A stretch of 32,000 nt of DNA. It comes from Pyrodictium abyssi (lineage in GTDB: Archaea; Thermoproteota; Thermoprotei_A; Sulfolobales; Pyrodictiaceae). The notes beneath the pieces are model-generated. The model saw nothing but the letters and a program-made list of their open reading frames with translations. It did no database searches and was not told the origin of the DNA. The DNA lies in NCBI RefSeq assembly GCF_036323395.1, contig NZ_AP028907.1, forward strand, positions 120,001 to 152,000. The letters run 5' to 3'. How positions within the stretch are numbered: the stretch's first letter is position 1; every line of letters starts with the position of its first letter. This document shows positions 17,049 to 24,181 of this stretch, in pieces. Position numbers and translations under genes: made by a program.

Positions 17049-17399
17049 CTAGGGAGTCGGGCTCTCCGGCTGCTGGGCCTTGGGGTTGTCGGTGTCCTCG
17101 CTGTGTGCCGGGTATATGCATACTGGGTAGACGCCATCTGTTATCGTTAGATGGCTTCTGCCCTTGTAGACTCTTAGCCCTCTCCTCTTGGCCTCCTCAG
17201 CGAGCTTCTCGACATCGCTGCATACGAACTCGAGGTAGCCCGGCAGGTAGTCCACTAGGAGTGCGTCACCAGCGTCGATTGCCTTCTTTGTATAGCCGGT
17301 GGGCCTGCAGCGCTCCATTATGAAGCCCATGTATTCGGGGAGTACCAGCCCCGGTACAAGCTCTATTACTCGTGCCCCTAGCGGCCTGGGTTTCCTCAA
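17049..17399 (-). CDS. Hypothetical protein (116 aa), apparently translationally coupled to the upstream NTase gene
   Basis: The TTG start at 17399 overlaps the TGA (17398-17396) of the reconstructed upstream reading frame (ATTTGAGG). An alternative start is the ATG at 17330. I recognise no motif. Confidence 0.45.
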   Translation of the reverse strand: MRKPRPLGARVIELVPGLVLPEYMGFIMERCRPTGYTKKAIDAGDALLVDYLPGYLEFVCSDVEKLAEEAKRRGLRVYKGRSHLTITDGVYPVCIYPAHSEDTDNPKAQQPESPTP

Positions 17400-17971
17400 A
17401 TCTTCACCCCGATCCTCCGGAGCAGCTTGGCGAGTTCCTTCTCTATGCCTGCTTCTCTCGCACGTCTGAGCATATAGGCTGGGTCGAGTTCTTCTATCTT
17501 CTGTGTGACCGCCTTCTTGACGTCGCTAATGTCTTTTCTCTCCCCCGAATCAGCTTAAGGATCACCAGGTCCTCTATGCTCGGCAGGTAGACGTTTCCTG
17601 TAATGTGTAAACGCTCTGGCCTCCCACTCTTCGTCAAGTATGAGTGGTGCGTAGTTTATATCGACGTGGATATCGTCCTCGACTAGGAGCCCCCATTTTC
17701 TCCACTGCACCTTAAACCCCTTGCTACGGAGCATCCCGGTAATACGGTCTCGTAGCTCCCTAGTGAATGGCGCTGTTATTGTCACATCCCAGTCTCTTGT
17801 CTCCCTCTGTAGCCCGACACCATGAAGCATTAAGGCACGTGCACCAATTATGTATACACGGAGCCCAATATTTCCCAGCAGTTCAGCTATCTGAAGCACT
17901 GTTCTAGGAATCCTCTCAACGGCTGAGTGCTCGCCTGAGCCACCGTACTGGTAGTCGTGGACCTCAGCCAT
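17396..17971 (-). pseudogene. Minimal nucleotidyltransferase-fold gene disrupted by two compensating frameshifts
   Basis: Frame A (17971-17555) gives IIGARALMLHG...RDWDVTI, an NTase-like G-x-nn-DxD pattern. It then reads RKRLPAEHRGPGDP followed by a stop. The +1 frame over ~17548-17602 instead reads GNVYLPSIEDLVILKLIRG. Frame A resumes after the G5 run (plus-strand CCCCC, 17543-17547) as ERKDISDVKKAVTQKIEELD...RRIGVKI and a stop at 17396. Confidence 0.6.
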
Positions 17972-18169
17972 CTAGCCATCTAGCCCGCCCACCCGAGACG
18001 ACACAACCTGCAGTAGCGGATTATGGCTTGATTATACTCGGCTCTACAATGTAGCTCCTAGACGTTTAGACGCCGGAAGCTTGGCCCAGTCATAGCTGGT
18101 GCACCTACATCTCCTTACGTTCGCCATAGCTGTATAGACGGGGCCGTGTACCCGGGGGGTGTCTAGGGA

Positions 18170-19066
18170 TTGGGTGTGGGCCAGTTATTGCTGCTCGTGG
18201 CTGTCTTGGTGGCTTCGCTGCTGCAGACTGGTTCTGGGGCTCTGGTGTGCTATGGGCCCCGCGTGGACGGGCTGCGTAGCTTCCTGGAGGCCCAGTATGT
18301 GCCGGAGGCTGGCCTGCTGCGGGCGGCTGTAGCCGCCTATCCCGATAACGCTACCATCTGGGTTGCTAGCGATAACTTGCTGGCTGCTAGGGCGCTGCTG
18401 GTGCTCGGGTCTCCTCTTGCTGGCCGGGTCCTGGAGGCTCTGGAGGGCTATGGTGGCGGGTTTGACGGGGCCCATGAGGTGCTTATCGGGCACCGTATAC
18501 CGGGCGTGTTCTACGAGGCTGGGGAGGTTGTTCTCGGCGAGGTGTACTCGCGCAGCCTCGGGGCTGTTCTCGTGGTGAAGCGTGAGCTGCACTGCTGCAG
18601 GGTTATGGAGGACTGGGGCCGGTATGCGGATCTCGTGGTGTACCGTGCCCTGGACAGGCTGCTGGCGGGGGACATCGCGGGGGCTGAGAGGCTATACGAG
18701 CTGCTTATGGGCATGTGGGATGGCCGCGGGTTCCGCGACGCTGCTTTCGACGGCACGTACGAGTCTTACAAGCTGGCCCTCGCCGTGTACCTCCACCGGG
18801 CCCTCGCCGCTGCGGGCTCGCCGGTGGTGGAGGGGTACCGGGGCGCGGTGGAGGAGTGTTGTAGGCTCCTCGGGCTGCTCCAGAGGAGCGACGGCGGCAT
18901 AGCCACGCACTACAGGGTGGACGGCGGCGGGGCCGTGGTGCCCGTGGGTGATGCTAACGTGGAGACTACGAGTATCACGGTGCTCGCGCTCTACTCGGCC
19001 TATCCTCTAGCTGCGGGGCTGCGCGCTAGGCTGCTCGAGCTGCTGCAGGAGCCTGCCGGCGGGTGA
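18170..19066 (+). CDS. Secreted or membrane-anchored hypothetical protein, helical-repeat rich
   Basis: 298 aa with a TTG start (or a GTG at 18176). The N-terminal hydrophobic segment is LLLLVAVLVASLL. A TATA-like TGTATAGA lies ~35 nt upstream. I recognise no catalytic motif. Confidence 0.6.
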   Translation: MGVGQLLLLVAVLVASLLQTGSGALVCYGPRVDGLRSFLEAQYVPEAGLLRAAVAAYPDNATIWVASDNLLAARALLVLGSPLAGRVLEALEGYGGGFDGAHEVLIGHRIPGVFYEAGEVVLGEVYSRSLGAVLVVKRELHCCRVMEDWGRYADLVVYRALDRLLAGDIAGAERLYELLMGMWDGRGFRDAAFDGTYESYKLALAVYLHRALAAAGSPVVEGYRGAVEECCRLLGLLQRSDGGIATHYRVDGGGAVVPVGDANVETTSITVLALYSAYPLAAGLRARLLELLQEPAGG

Positions 19067-19123
19067 GGGGCTACACACTCTTCAAGGGGAAGAGCGCCGG
19101 CTGACGCCCTCTGGGGTCTGCTG

Positions 19124-20056
19124 TTGGGCGCTGTGCTGGCTAGTTTCTGGGGTAAGGGCGGTGTGGGTAAGACTACGCTTGCCGCTGCTGCTGGGCTTGC
19201 GCTCCGGGACCGCGGGCTCCGCGTGGCCTTGATCTCTACGGACCCTACCCCGGGGCTCTCTAGGCTCCTCTGCCCCGGTGGCTCCGCTGCTCCTGGCGCG
19301 CCGGTGCGCTGCGCCGGGGTGGATGTGGTAGAGGCTTCGGAGGAGGATGTGAAGGAACTCTGGAAGAGACGCTTCGGCGACGAGGTCTACCTGGTCGTGT
19401 CTTCGCTGCTCCCGGTGGGCAGGGAGATAATAGACTATGTGGCCGGTGCTCCGGGTATTGCTGACCAGTTCATGATGTACTATGTCTACACGCTTGCCCG
19501 GGAAGGCGGCTACGACGTGGCTGTCTGGGATACGCCGGCGGCTGGTGGGAGTCTCCGGATGCTCAGGATAGAGTACGAGCTGTACAGCCACATGGGGGAG
19601 GCTGCACGGCTCTACCTGCGGGTGAAGGGGGCTCTCGAGAGGCTGCAGCGCCGCGACGAGGGCAAAACGCCGCTGGAGCTTGTTGAGGAGTGGAGGGAGC
19701 TTGCGAAGGGCATTCTGGATTTCCTAGCATCGCCGCTGCACCGGCTACACCTGGTGGCTACCCCGGACCAGCTAGGCGTATACGTGACGAGGACCCTGCT
19801 CCGGGAGTTCCGGCTACACGGTATAGAGGCGCGGAGGCTGATAGTCAACCAGCTACTCGACCCCGGGGTGTGCCCGGGCTGCCAGCTCCTCGAGAGCTGG
19901 GCGCAGAGCCAGAGGGAGGCGCTACGTGTGCTCCAGGAGCTGGGGGTCAGGACCTGCACGATACCGCTGCTCGGGGAAGAGCCTCGGAGCGTAGAGCAGC
20001 TCGCGAGACTCGCAGAGCTGTTGGAGGAGCAGGGCTGCCTAGACGCGGGCGTATAG
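19124..20056 (+). CDS. ArsA/Get3-family P-loop ATPase
   Basis: GKGGVGKTT P-loop and ISTDP motif. The switch-II-like motif reads DTPAAGGSLRML, against the canonical DTAPTGHTxRLL. It also has IVNQLL...CPGC, the Get3-style CxxC. 310 aa with a TTG start. Confidence 0.85.
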   Translation: MGAVLASFWGKGGVGKTTLAAAAGLALRDRGLRVALISTDPTPGLSRLLCPGGSAAPGAPVRCAGVDVVEASEEDVKELWKRRFGDEVYLVVSSLLPVGREIIDYVAGAPGIADQFMMYYVYTLAREGGYDVAVWDTPAAGGSLRMLRIEYELYSHMGEAARLYLRVKGALERLQRRDEGKTPLELVEEWRELAKGILDFLASPLHRLHLVATPDQLGVYVTRTLLREFRLHGIEARRLIVNQLLDPGVCPGCQLLESWAQSQREALRVLQELGVRTCTIPLLGEEPRSVEQLARLAELLEEQGCLDAGV

Positions 20057-20145
20057 GGCGAGAAGGCGAGAAGCAGGAGCGGGCGCGGAAGCGAGGCGCG
20101 TCTACACAAAATTGAGGTGCAAAAGAGTAGTGTGCAGGGGCTCTG

Positions 20146-22167
20146 CTAGCGGCCCTTGAACTTGGGCTTCCTCTTCTCTAGGAACGCTGTCACGCCCTCG
20201 ACGACGTCGTCGGTGCTGAACAGTAGGCCGAAGAGGCTACTCTCCAGCGCCATGCCAGTCCATATGTTTGTCTCCATTCCTATCTGTACCGCGTACTTGG
20301 CCGCCATTACTGCTAGTGGCGGCTTCTCGGCCAGCTTCAGCGCTAGCTGGCGGACATCCTGCTCGAGCCTCTCTGGCGGCACTACCCTGTCTACTAGACC
20401 TAGCTTAGCGGCCTCGCTGGCTGGTATCATGTCACCGGTGTAGATGAGCTCCTTAGCGCGGCTCCTGCCTATAAGCCTGGGGAGCCTCTGTGTGCCGCCA
20501 GCACCCGGTATGAAGCCTAGGTTGATCTCTGGCTGACCTAGCATCGCCGTCTCGCTTGCTATCCTGAAGTCGGCCGCCATTGCTAGCTCTAGGCCTCCGC
20601 CGAGGGTGTAGCCGTTGAGCGCCGCTATCACAGGCTTTGTGTAGTATTCTAGCTTGAAGAGTATCTCCTGGAACCTCCTAGAGTACATCATAGCCTTTAC
20701 CGGCGATATCCCCATGAACGCTGTCACGTCCGCGCCAGCGCTGAAGGCGCGGCCGCTGCCCGTGAGCACGACTACTCTTATCCTCTCGTCCTCCTCTAGC
20801 TCGTCGAGAGCCTCGCTGAGCTCACGGAGCATCTCAGGGCTTATCGCGTTGAGCTTGCTAGGCCTGTTGAGCACAATCCAGGCTATCGGCGGCTCTATCC
20901 GGATTAGAAGGGTATTCTTCTGCTGCTGCTCCACAGCGCCGTACTCGTAGAAGCCCTTGCCAGTCTTGACGCCTAGGCGGCCGTCCTGCACCATCTGCTT
21001 TAGTAGCGGGTCTGGCTCGTACTCCTCCCAGCCGGTCTTCTGCTTGAGCTTTTCTAGCGCCTCTACCACCTTGTCTATGCCGAACTCGTCGGCGTACTCT
21101 AGTATGCCCTTGGGGTAGCCGAGGCCCAGCTTAACCGCCTTGTCTATGTCATCGCGGGTCGCTATGCCCTCGCGGAGCAGGTAGGCTGCCTCGTTTATGC
21201 CGGGTGCTAGGATTAGTAGCGGGTCTACCTTCTCGCCAGCCTCCTTGGGTATGTTAGGCCTCTGGTACTTACCGGGCACCGGGTACTCGTAGAAGCCCTT
21301 GCCAGTCTTGACGCCTAGCTCTCCTTTCTCAAACTTCTCCTTGAACAGCGGGCACGGGTGCGCCCTGAAGCCGCGCTGCGCCATCGCCTGGAACACGTAG
21401 TAGAACACATCTATGCCGCTATAGTCGGCTAGCTCGAAGGCGCCCATCGGCAGGCCTAGCTTGTACTTGAGCGCCGAGTCCACCTCGACTACGCTTGCCT
21501 CACCGCGGGCTACCATGTGGCAGGCCTCGTTCAGTACACGAGCTAATATGCGGTTGACTATGAAGCCTGGCACATCCTTGTTGACCACTACCGGCTGCTT
21601 GCCGAACCGCTTAGCCAGCTCCACGGTGACGCGTACTGTCTCGTCGCTGGTCTTCTCGCCCTTTATCACCTCGACTAGCGGCATGAGCGGCGGCGGGTTG
21701 AAGAAGTGCATCCCTACGACGCGTTCGGGCCTCTTTGTGGCTGCTGCTATCTCTGTTATCGGTAGGCTGCTAGTGTTGGTGGCGAGGATAGCGTGCTCTG
21801 GGGCCTTCTCGTCGGCGAAGCGGAAGAGCTGCTGCTTGAGCTCGAGCTTCTCGGGTATAGCCTCTATCATGAAGTCTGTCTCTGACAGCACCCTGGCGAA
21901 GTCCTCGGTATAGCCTCCGTTCTTGTCGACGCTAACTACGGTCTTTATCCTCTCCATTATCTTGTCTGGGTGCTCGCGTAGCTGGCCTTTCTCGTATAGC
22001 TTGTCAAGGCTCCACCGTATACGCTTTAGCGCGTTACGGAGTATGTCCTCGGAGATGTCGGCTAGCCATACCTCGTAGCCAGCGATAGCTGCTACCTCTG
22101 CTATACCGTGGCCCATTGTGCCAGCGCCGACTACTGTTATCCTGCGTATCCTATCAACAGACGCCAT
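20146..22167 (-). CDS. Bifunctional 3-hydroxyacyl-CoA dehydrogenase (N-terminal) / enoyl-CoA hydratase (C-terminal)
   Basis: 673 aa. The N-terminus has a VVGAGTMGHGIA Rossmann motif plus the duplicated 3HCDH C-terminal region (GVKTGKGFYEY appears twice). The C-terminal crotonase has GGGLELAMAADFRIA and GQPEINLGFIPGAGGTQRL. A GAGGTG SD lies 8 nt upstream of the ATG. Confidence 0.95.
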   Translation of the reverse strand: MASVDRIRRITVVGAGTMGHGIAEVAAIAGYEVWLADISEDILRNALKRIRWSLDKLYEKGQLREHPDKIMERIKTVVSVDKNGGYTEDFARVLSETDFMIEAIPEKLELKQQLFRFADEKAPEHAILATNTSSLPITEIAAATKRPERVVGMHFFNPPPLMPLVEVIKGEKTSDETVRVTVELAKRFGKQPVVVNKDVPGFIVNRILARVLNEACHMVARGEASVVEVDSALKYKLGLPMGAFELADYSGIDVFYYVFQAMAQRGFRAHPCPLFKEKFEKGELGVKTGKGFYEYPVPGKYQRPNIPKEAGEKVDPLLILAPGINEAAYLLREGIATRDDIDKAVKLGLGYPKGILEYADEFGIDKVVEALEKLKQKTGWEEYEPDPLLKQMVQDGRLGVKTGKGFYEYGAVEQQQKNTLLIRIEPPIAWIVLNRPSKLNAISPEMLRELSEALDELEEDERIRVVVLTGSGRAFSAGADVTAFMGISPVKAMMYSRRFQEILFKLEYYTKPVIAALNGYTLGGGLELAMAADFRIASETAMLGQPEINLGFIPGAGGTQRLPRLIGRSRAKELIYTGDMIPASEAAKLGLVDRVVPPERLEQDVRQLALKLAEKPPLAVMAAKYAVQIGMETNIWTGMALESSLFGLLFSTDDVVEGVTAFLEKRKPKFKGR

Positions 22168-22261
22168 GGCTGTTACACCTCTTACCTTTCTCGCTACAGC
22201 TGCCCGTTGGAGAATATTTGGTGTTCAGCCGGGTTAAAAGAGGGGGAGAGACCGTGGAGAC

Positions 22262-22307
22262 CTGGGTATAGGACTGGGTATAGGCGGGTAAAACACCCGG
22301 GTATATA
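22262..22307. repeat. Array of GGGTATA-type direct repeats: CTGGGTATAGG (22262-22272), CTGGGTATAGG (22274-22284), GGGTA (22286-22290), GGGTATATA (22299-22307)
   Basis: Read directly. It lies in the 151-bp gap downstream of the acyl-CoA dehydrogenase stop and 95-140 nt upstream of the HBD/ECH start. Confidence 0.6.
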
Positions 22308-22318
22308 CGCGGGCCTGC

Positions 22319-23527
22319 TTATGTGAGTACGAGCTTTATGCCGAAGAGGTCCTTTAGCATCTGCCTTATTATCGTGAGCCTCTGTATATCGTTGGCGCCC
22401 TCGTATATGGTTGTTATCAGGGCGTCTCTCAGGTACCTCTCTACGCCCGTCTCTATGTCGACGCCCACGCCGCCGTGTATCTTTATCGCCATGTTTGCTA
22501 CTCTCTCGGCCACCTCTGTAGCGAAAGTCTTAGCCATGCTAGCTGCTATCACGAACTTCTTGTCGCCCTTGTCGGCCAGCGTAGCGGCCCAGTAGGCTAG
22601 CAGCCTAGCCGCCTCTAGCTGCATTAGCATGTCAGCAAGCTTGAACGCAATGCCCTCGAAGCTGATTATTGGGCGGCCGAATGCCTGGCGCTGGAGCGCG
22701 TAGTTTAGCGCCTTCTCGAACGCGCCCTGGGCTATGCCCACCGCCTGCGCGGCTATGCCAACACGGGTGTGGTCGTAGGTCGAGACTATTACCTTGAAGC
22801 CCTGGTCTACCGGGCCTACTACGTTCTCCTCGGGAACCTTCACCTCGTCGAGGATAACCTCGTGGGGCCTCTCGCCGCGCAGCCCAGTAACGTTGAAGCG
22901 CTGGCCCACCTTGAGGCCAGGGGTGTCGCGCTCCACTATGAAGACGGTTATGCCCCACCAGCGCTTGTCCTCCTTTGGCGGGCTTGTCCTCGCAGAGACC
23001 ACGAAGTAGTCCGCCTTGTCGGCGCCGGTTATGAATATCTTCCTGCCGGTTATCACGTAGTGGCCGTTGACCTTCTTGGCGCGGGTCTGCATCCCGGCCA
23101 CGTCGCTGCCACAGCACGGCTCTGTGTTAGCGTGTGCCGCGAACTTCTCGCCGCGCGCGACGGGGGTCACGTACTGCTTCTTCTGCTCCTCGGTGCCGAA
23201 GAGGAGTATGGGGGTAGTGAACAGTGCGCGTACAGCGACGGCTGTGCCGAAGGCGGGGCTTACCCGGGAGATCTCCTCCATCAGGATTGCCTCCATTAGG
23301 TGGCCGCCGCCCTGGCCACCATACTCCTCGGGTATGCCGACGCCGAAGAGGCCGAGCTTCTTCGCCTCCTCGAAGAGCTCGTCTGGTATCTTGTCGGTCT
23401 TCTCGATCTCCATGGCTCTTGGCTCGAGGTGCTCTTCTACGAAGCTTCTCACAGCCTTACGGAATAGCTCATGCTCCTCAGTGAGCTCTATACGGAAGTC
23501 TTCTAGGCTCTGGAAGGGGAGAACCAT
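22319..23527 (-). CDS. Acyl-CoA dehydrogenase (FAD-dependent)
   Basis: 402 aa with typical ACAD N-terminal, middle and C-terminal architecture. The C-terminal YEGANDIQRL motif contains the catalytic Glu. Confidence 0.95.
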   Translation of the reverse strand: MVLPFQSLEDFRIELTEEHELFRKAVRSFVEEHLEPRAMEIEKTDKIPDELFEEAKKLGLFGVGIPEEYGGQGGGHLMEAILMEEISRVSPAFGTAVAVRALFTTPILLFGTEEQKKQYVTPVARGEKFAAHANTEPCCGSDVAGMQTRAKKVNGHYVITGRKIFITGADKADYFVVSARTSPPKEDKRWWGITVFIVERDTPGLKVGQRFNVTGLRGERPHEVILDEVKVPEENVVGPVDQGFKVIVSTYDHTRVGIAAQAVGIAQGAFEKALNYALQRQAFGRPIISFEGIAFKLADMLMQLEAARLLAYWAATLADKGDKKFVIAASMAKTFATEVAERVANMAIKIHGGVGVDIETGVERYLRDALITTIYEGANDIQRLTIIRQMLKDLFGIKLVLT

Positions 23528-23559
23528 TGCCCAGCCCCTCGCCTACCGTTCATGCCACA

Positions 23560-23597
23560 GGATTGGAGCCGGGGAGGGGATAAAAACGGGATTGGAG
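23560..23597 (-). promoter_or_regulatory. Two 9-bp direct repeats GGATTGGAG (23560-23568, 23589-23597) flanking a TATA-like box (minus strand GTTTTTATCCCC, ~23575-23586)
   Basis: Read directly. It lies 33-70 nt upstream of the acyl-CoA dehydrogenase ATG at 23527. Confidence 0.35.
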
Positions 23598-23603
23598 GTG
23601 GTG

Positions 23604-24155
23604 TTAGCCCTGCTTCTGCTCCTCTACCGGCACTAGCTCGTAGGTTAGGTAGTTCTCTGGCTGTCTCCGGACCACCTCTAGCCTAACCTTCATGCCTACG
23701 CGGAGCTTCTTGGGGTCCGTCTCACGCACCCATGCCAGCACGTTGACGCCCTGGGGGAACCGGGCTACGCCAACCGTGTAGTCGGGGTAGTGCGCGAAGC
23801 TCGAGGGCTTAGTGTATATGATGGTGTACGTCAGTAGTTCGCCCTCTCCTGTTATCTCTATCCACTCCATGTCGCTCCTACGGCACTTGGGGCAGTCTGC
23901 CTGCGGCGGGAAGTAGGCTGTGCCACAGTGCTTGCACCTGGTGGCGTAGACTTTGCCCTCTGTGAGGCCCTCGAAGAACTTGCGTACTCGCTCGACGCTT
24001 ATCGTGTAGCGTATTGATAGCTCTCTCTGGTCGAACCATAGGGCGGCGCCGGTGCGCTGGTCGGGCACGATTGGGAGGCCGGTGCTCTTCTTAACCTCCT
24101 CGACGAACGCTCCCACCTGCTTCATGAACTCGTCCACCTGCTTCTTCTGGCTCAT
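23604..24155 (-). CDS. DUF35 protein (zinc ribbon + OB fold, acyl-CoA-associated), thiolase partner
   Basis: CKHCGTAYFPPQADCPKC rubredoxin-like ribbon followed by an OB-fold region. I prefer the ATG at 24155 (MSQKKQ...) because it is preceded by a GAGGGGGTG SD. The ORF track opens at a GTG at 24167. Confidence 0.85.
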   Translation of the reverse strand: MSQKKQVDEFMKQVGAFVEEVKKSTGLPIVPDQRTGAALWFDQRELSIRYTISVERVRKFFEGLTEGKVYATRCKHCGTAYFPPQADCPKCRRSDMEWIEITGEGELLTYTIIYTKPSSFAHYPDYTVGVARFPQGVNVLAWVRETDPKKLRVGMKVRLEVVRRQPENYLTYELVPVEEQKQG

Positions 24156-24181
24156 ACCCGCTTGCACCCCCTCAAGTGGGC

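Noticed and set aside
16911-17150. 79-aa plus-strand ORF spanning the gap between the ATPase remnant and the 116-aa ORF, considered as a possible small antitoxin-like gene.
   Set aside because: It overlaps both neighbours on the opposite strand, has no promoter or SD context, and has a Gly/Arg/Leu-rich composition typical of a shadow frame.
17049-17399. The 116-aa ORF as a cryptic HEPN toxin, since RVYKGRSH fits Rx6H.
   Set aside because: The motif lies in a segment that looks beta-stranded rather than helical, and there is no other HEPN-like feature. The pattern match is probably fortuitous.
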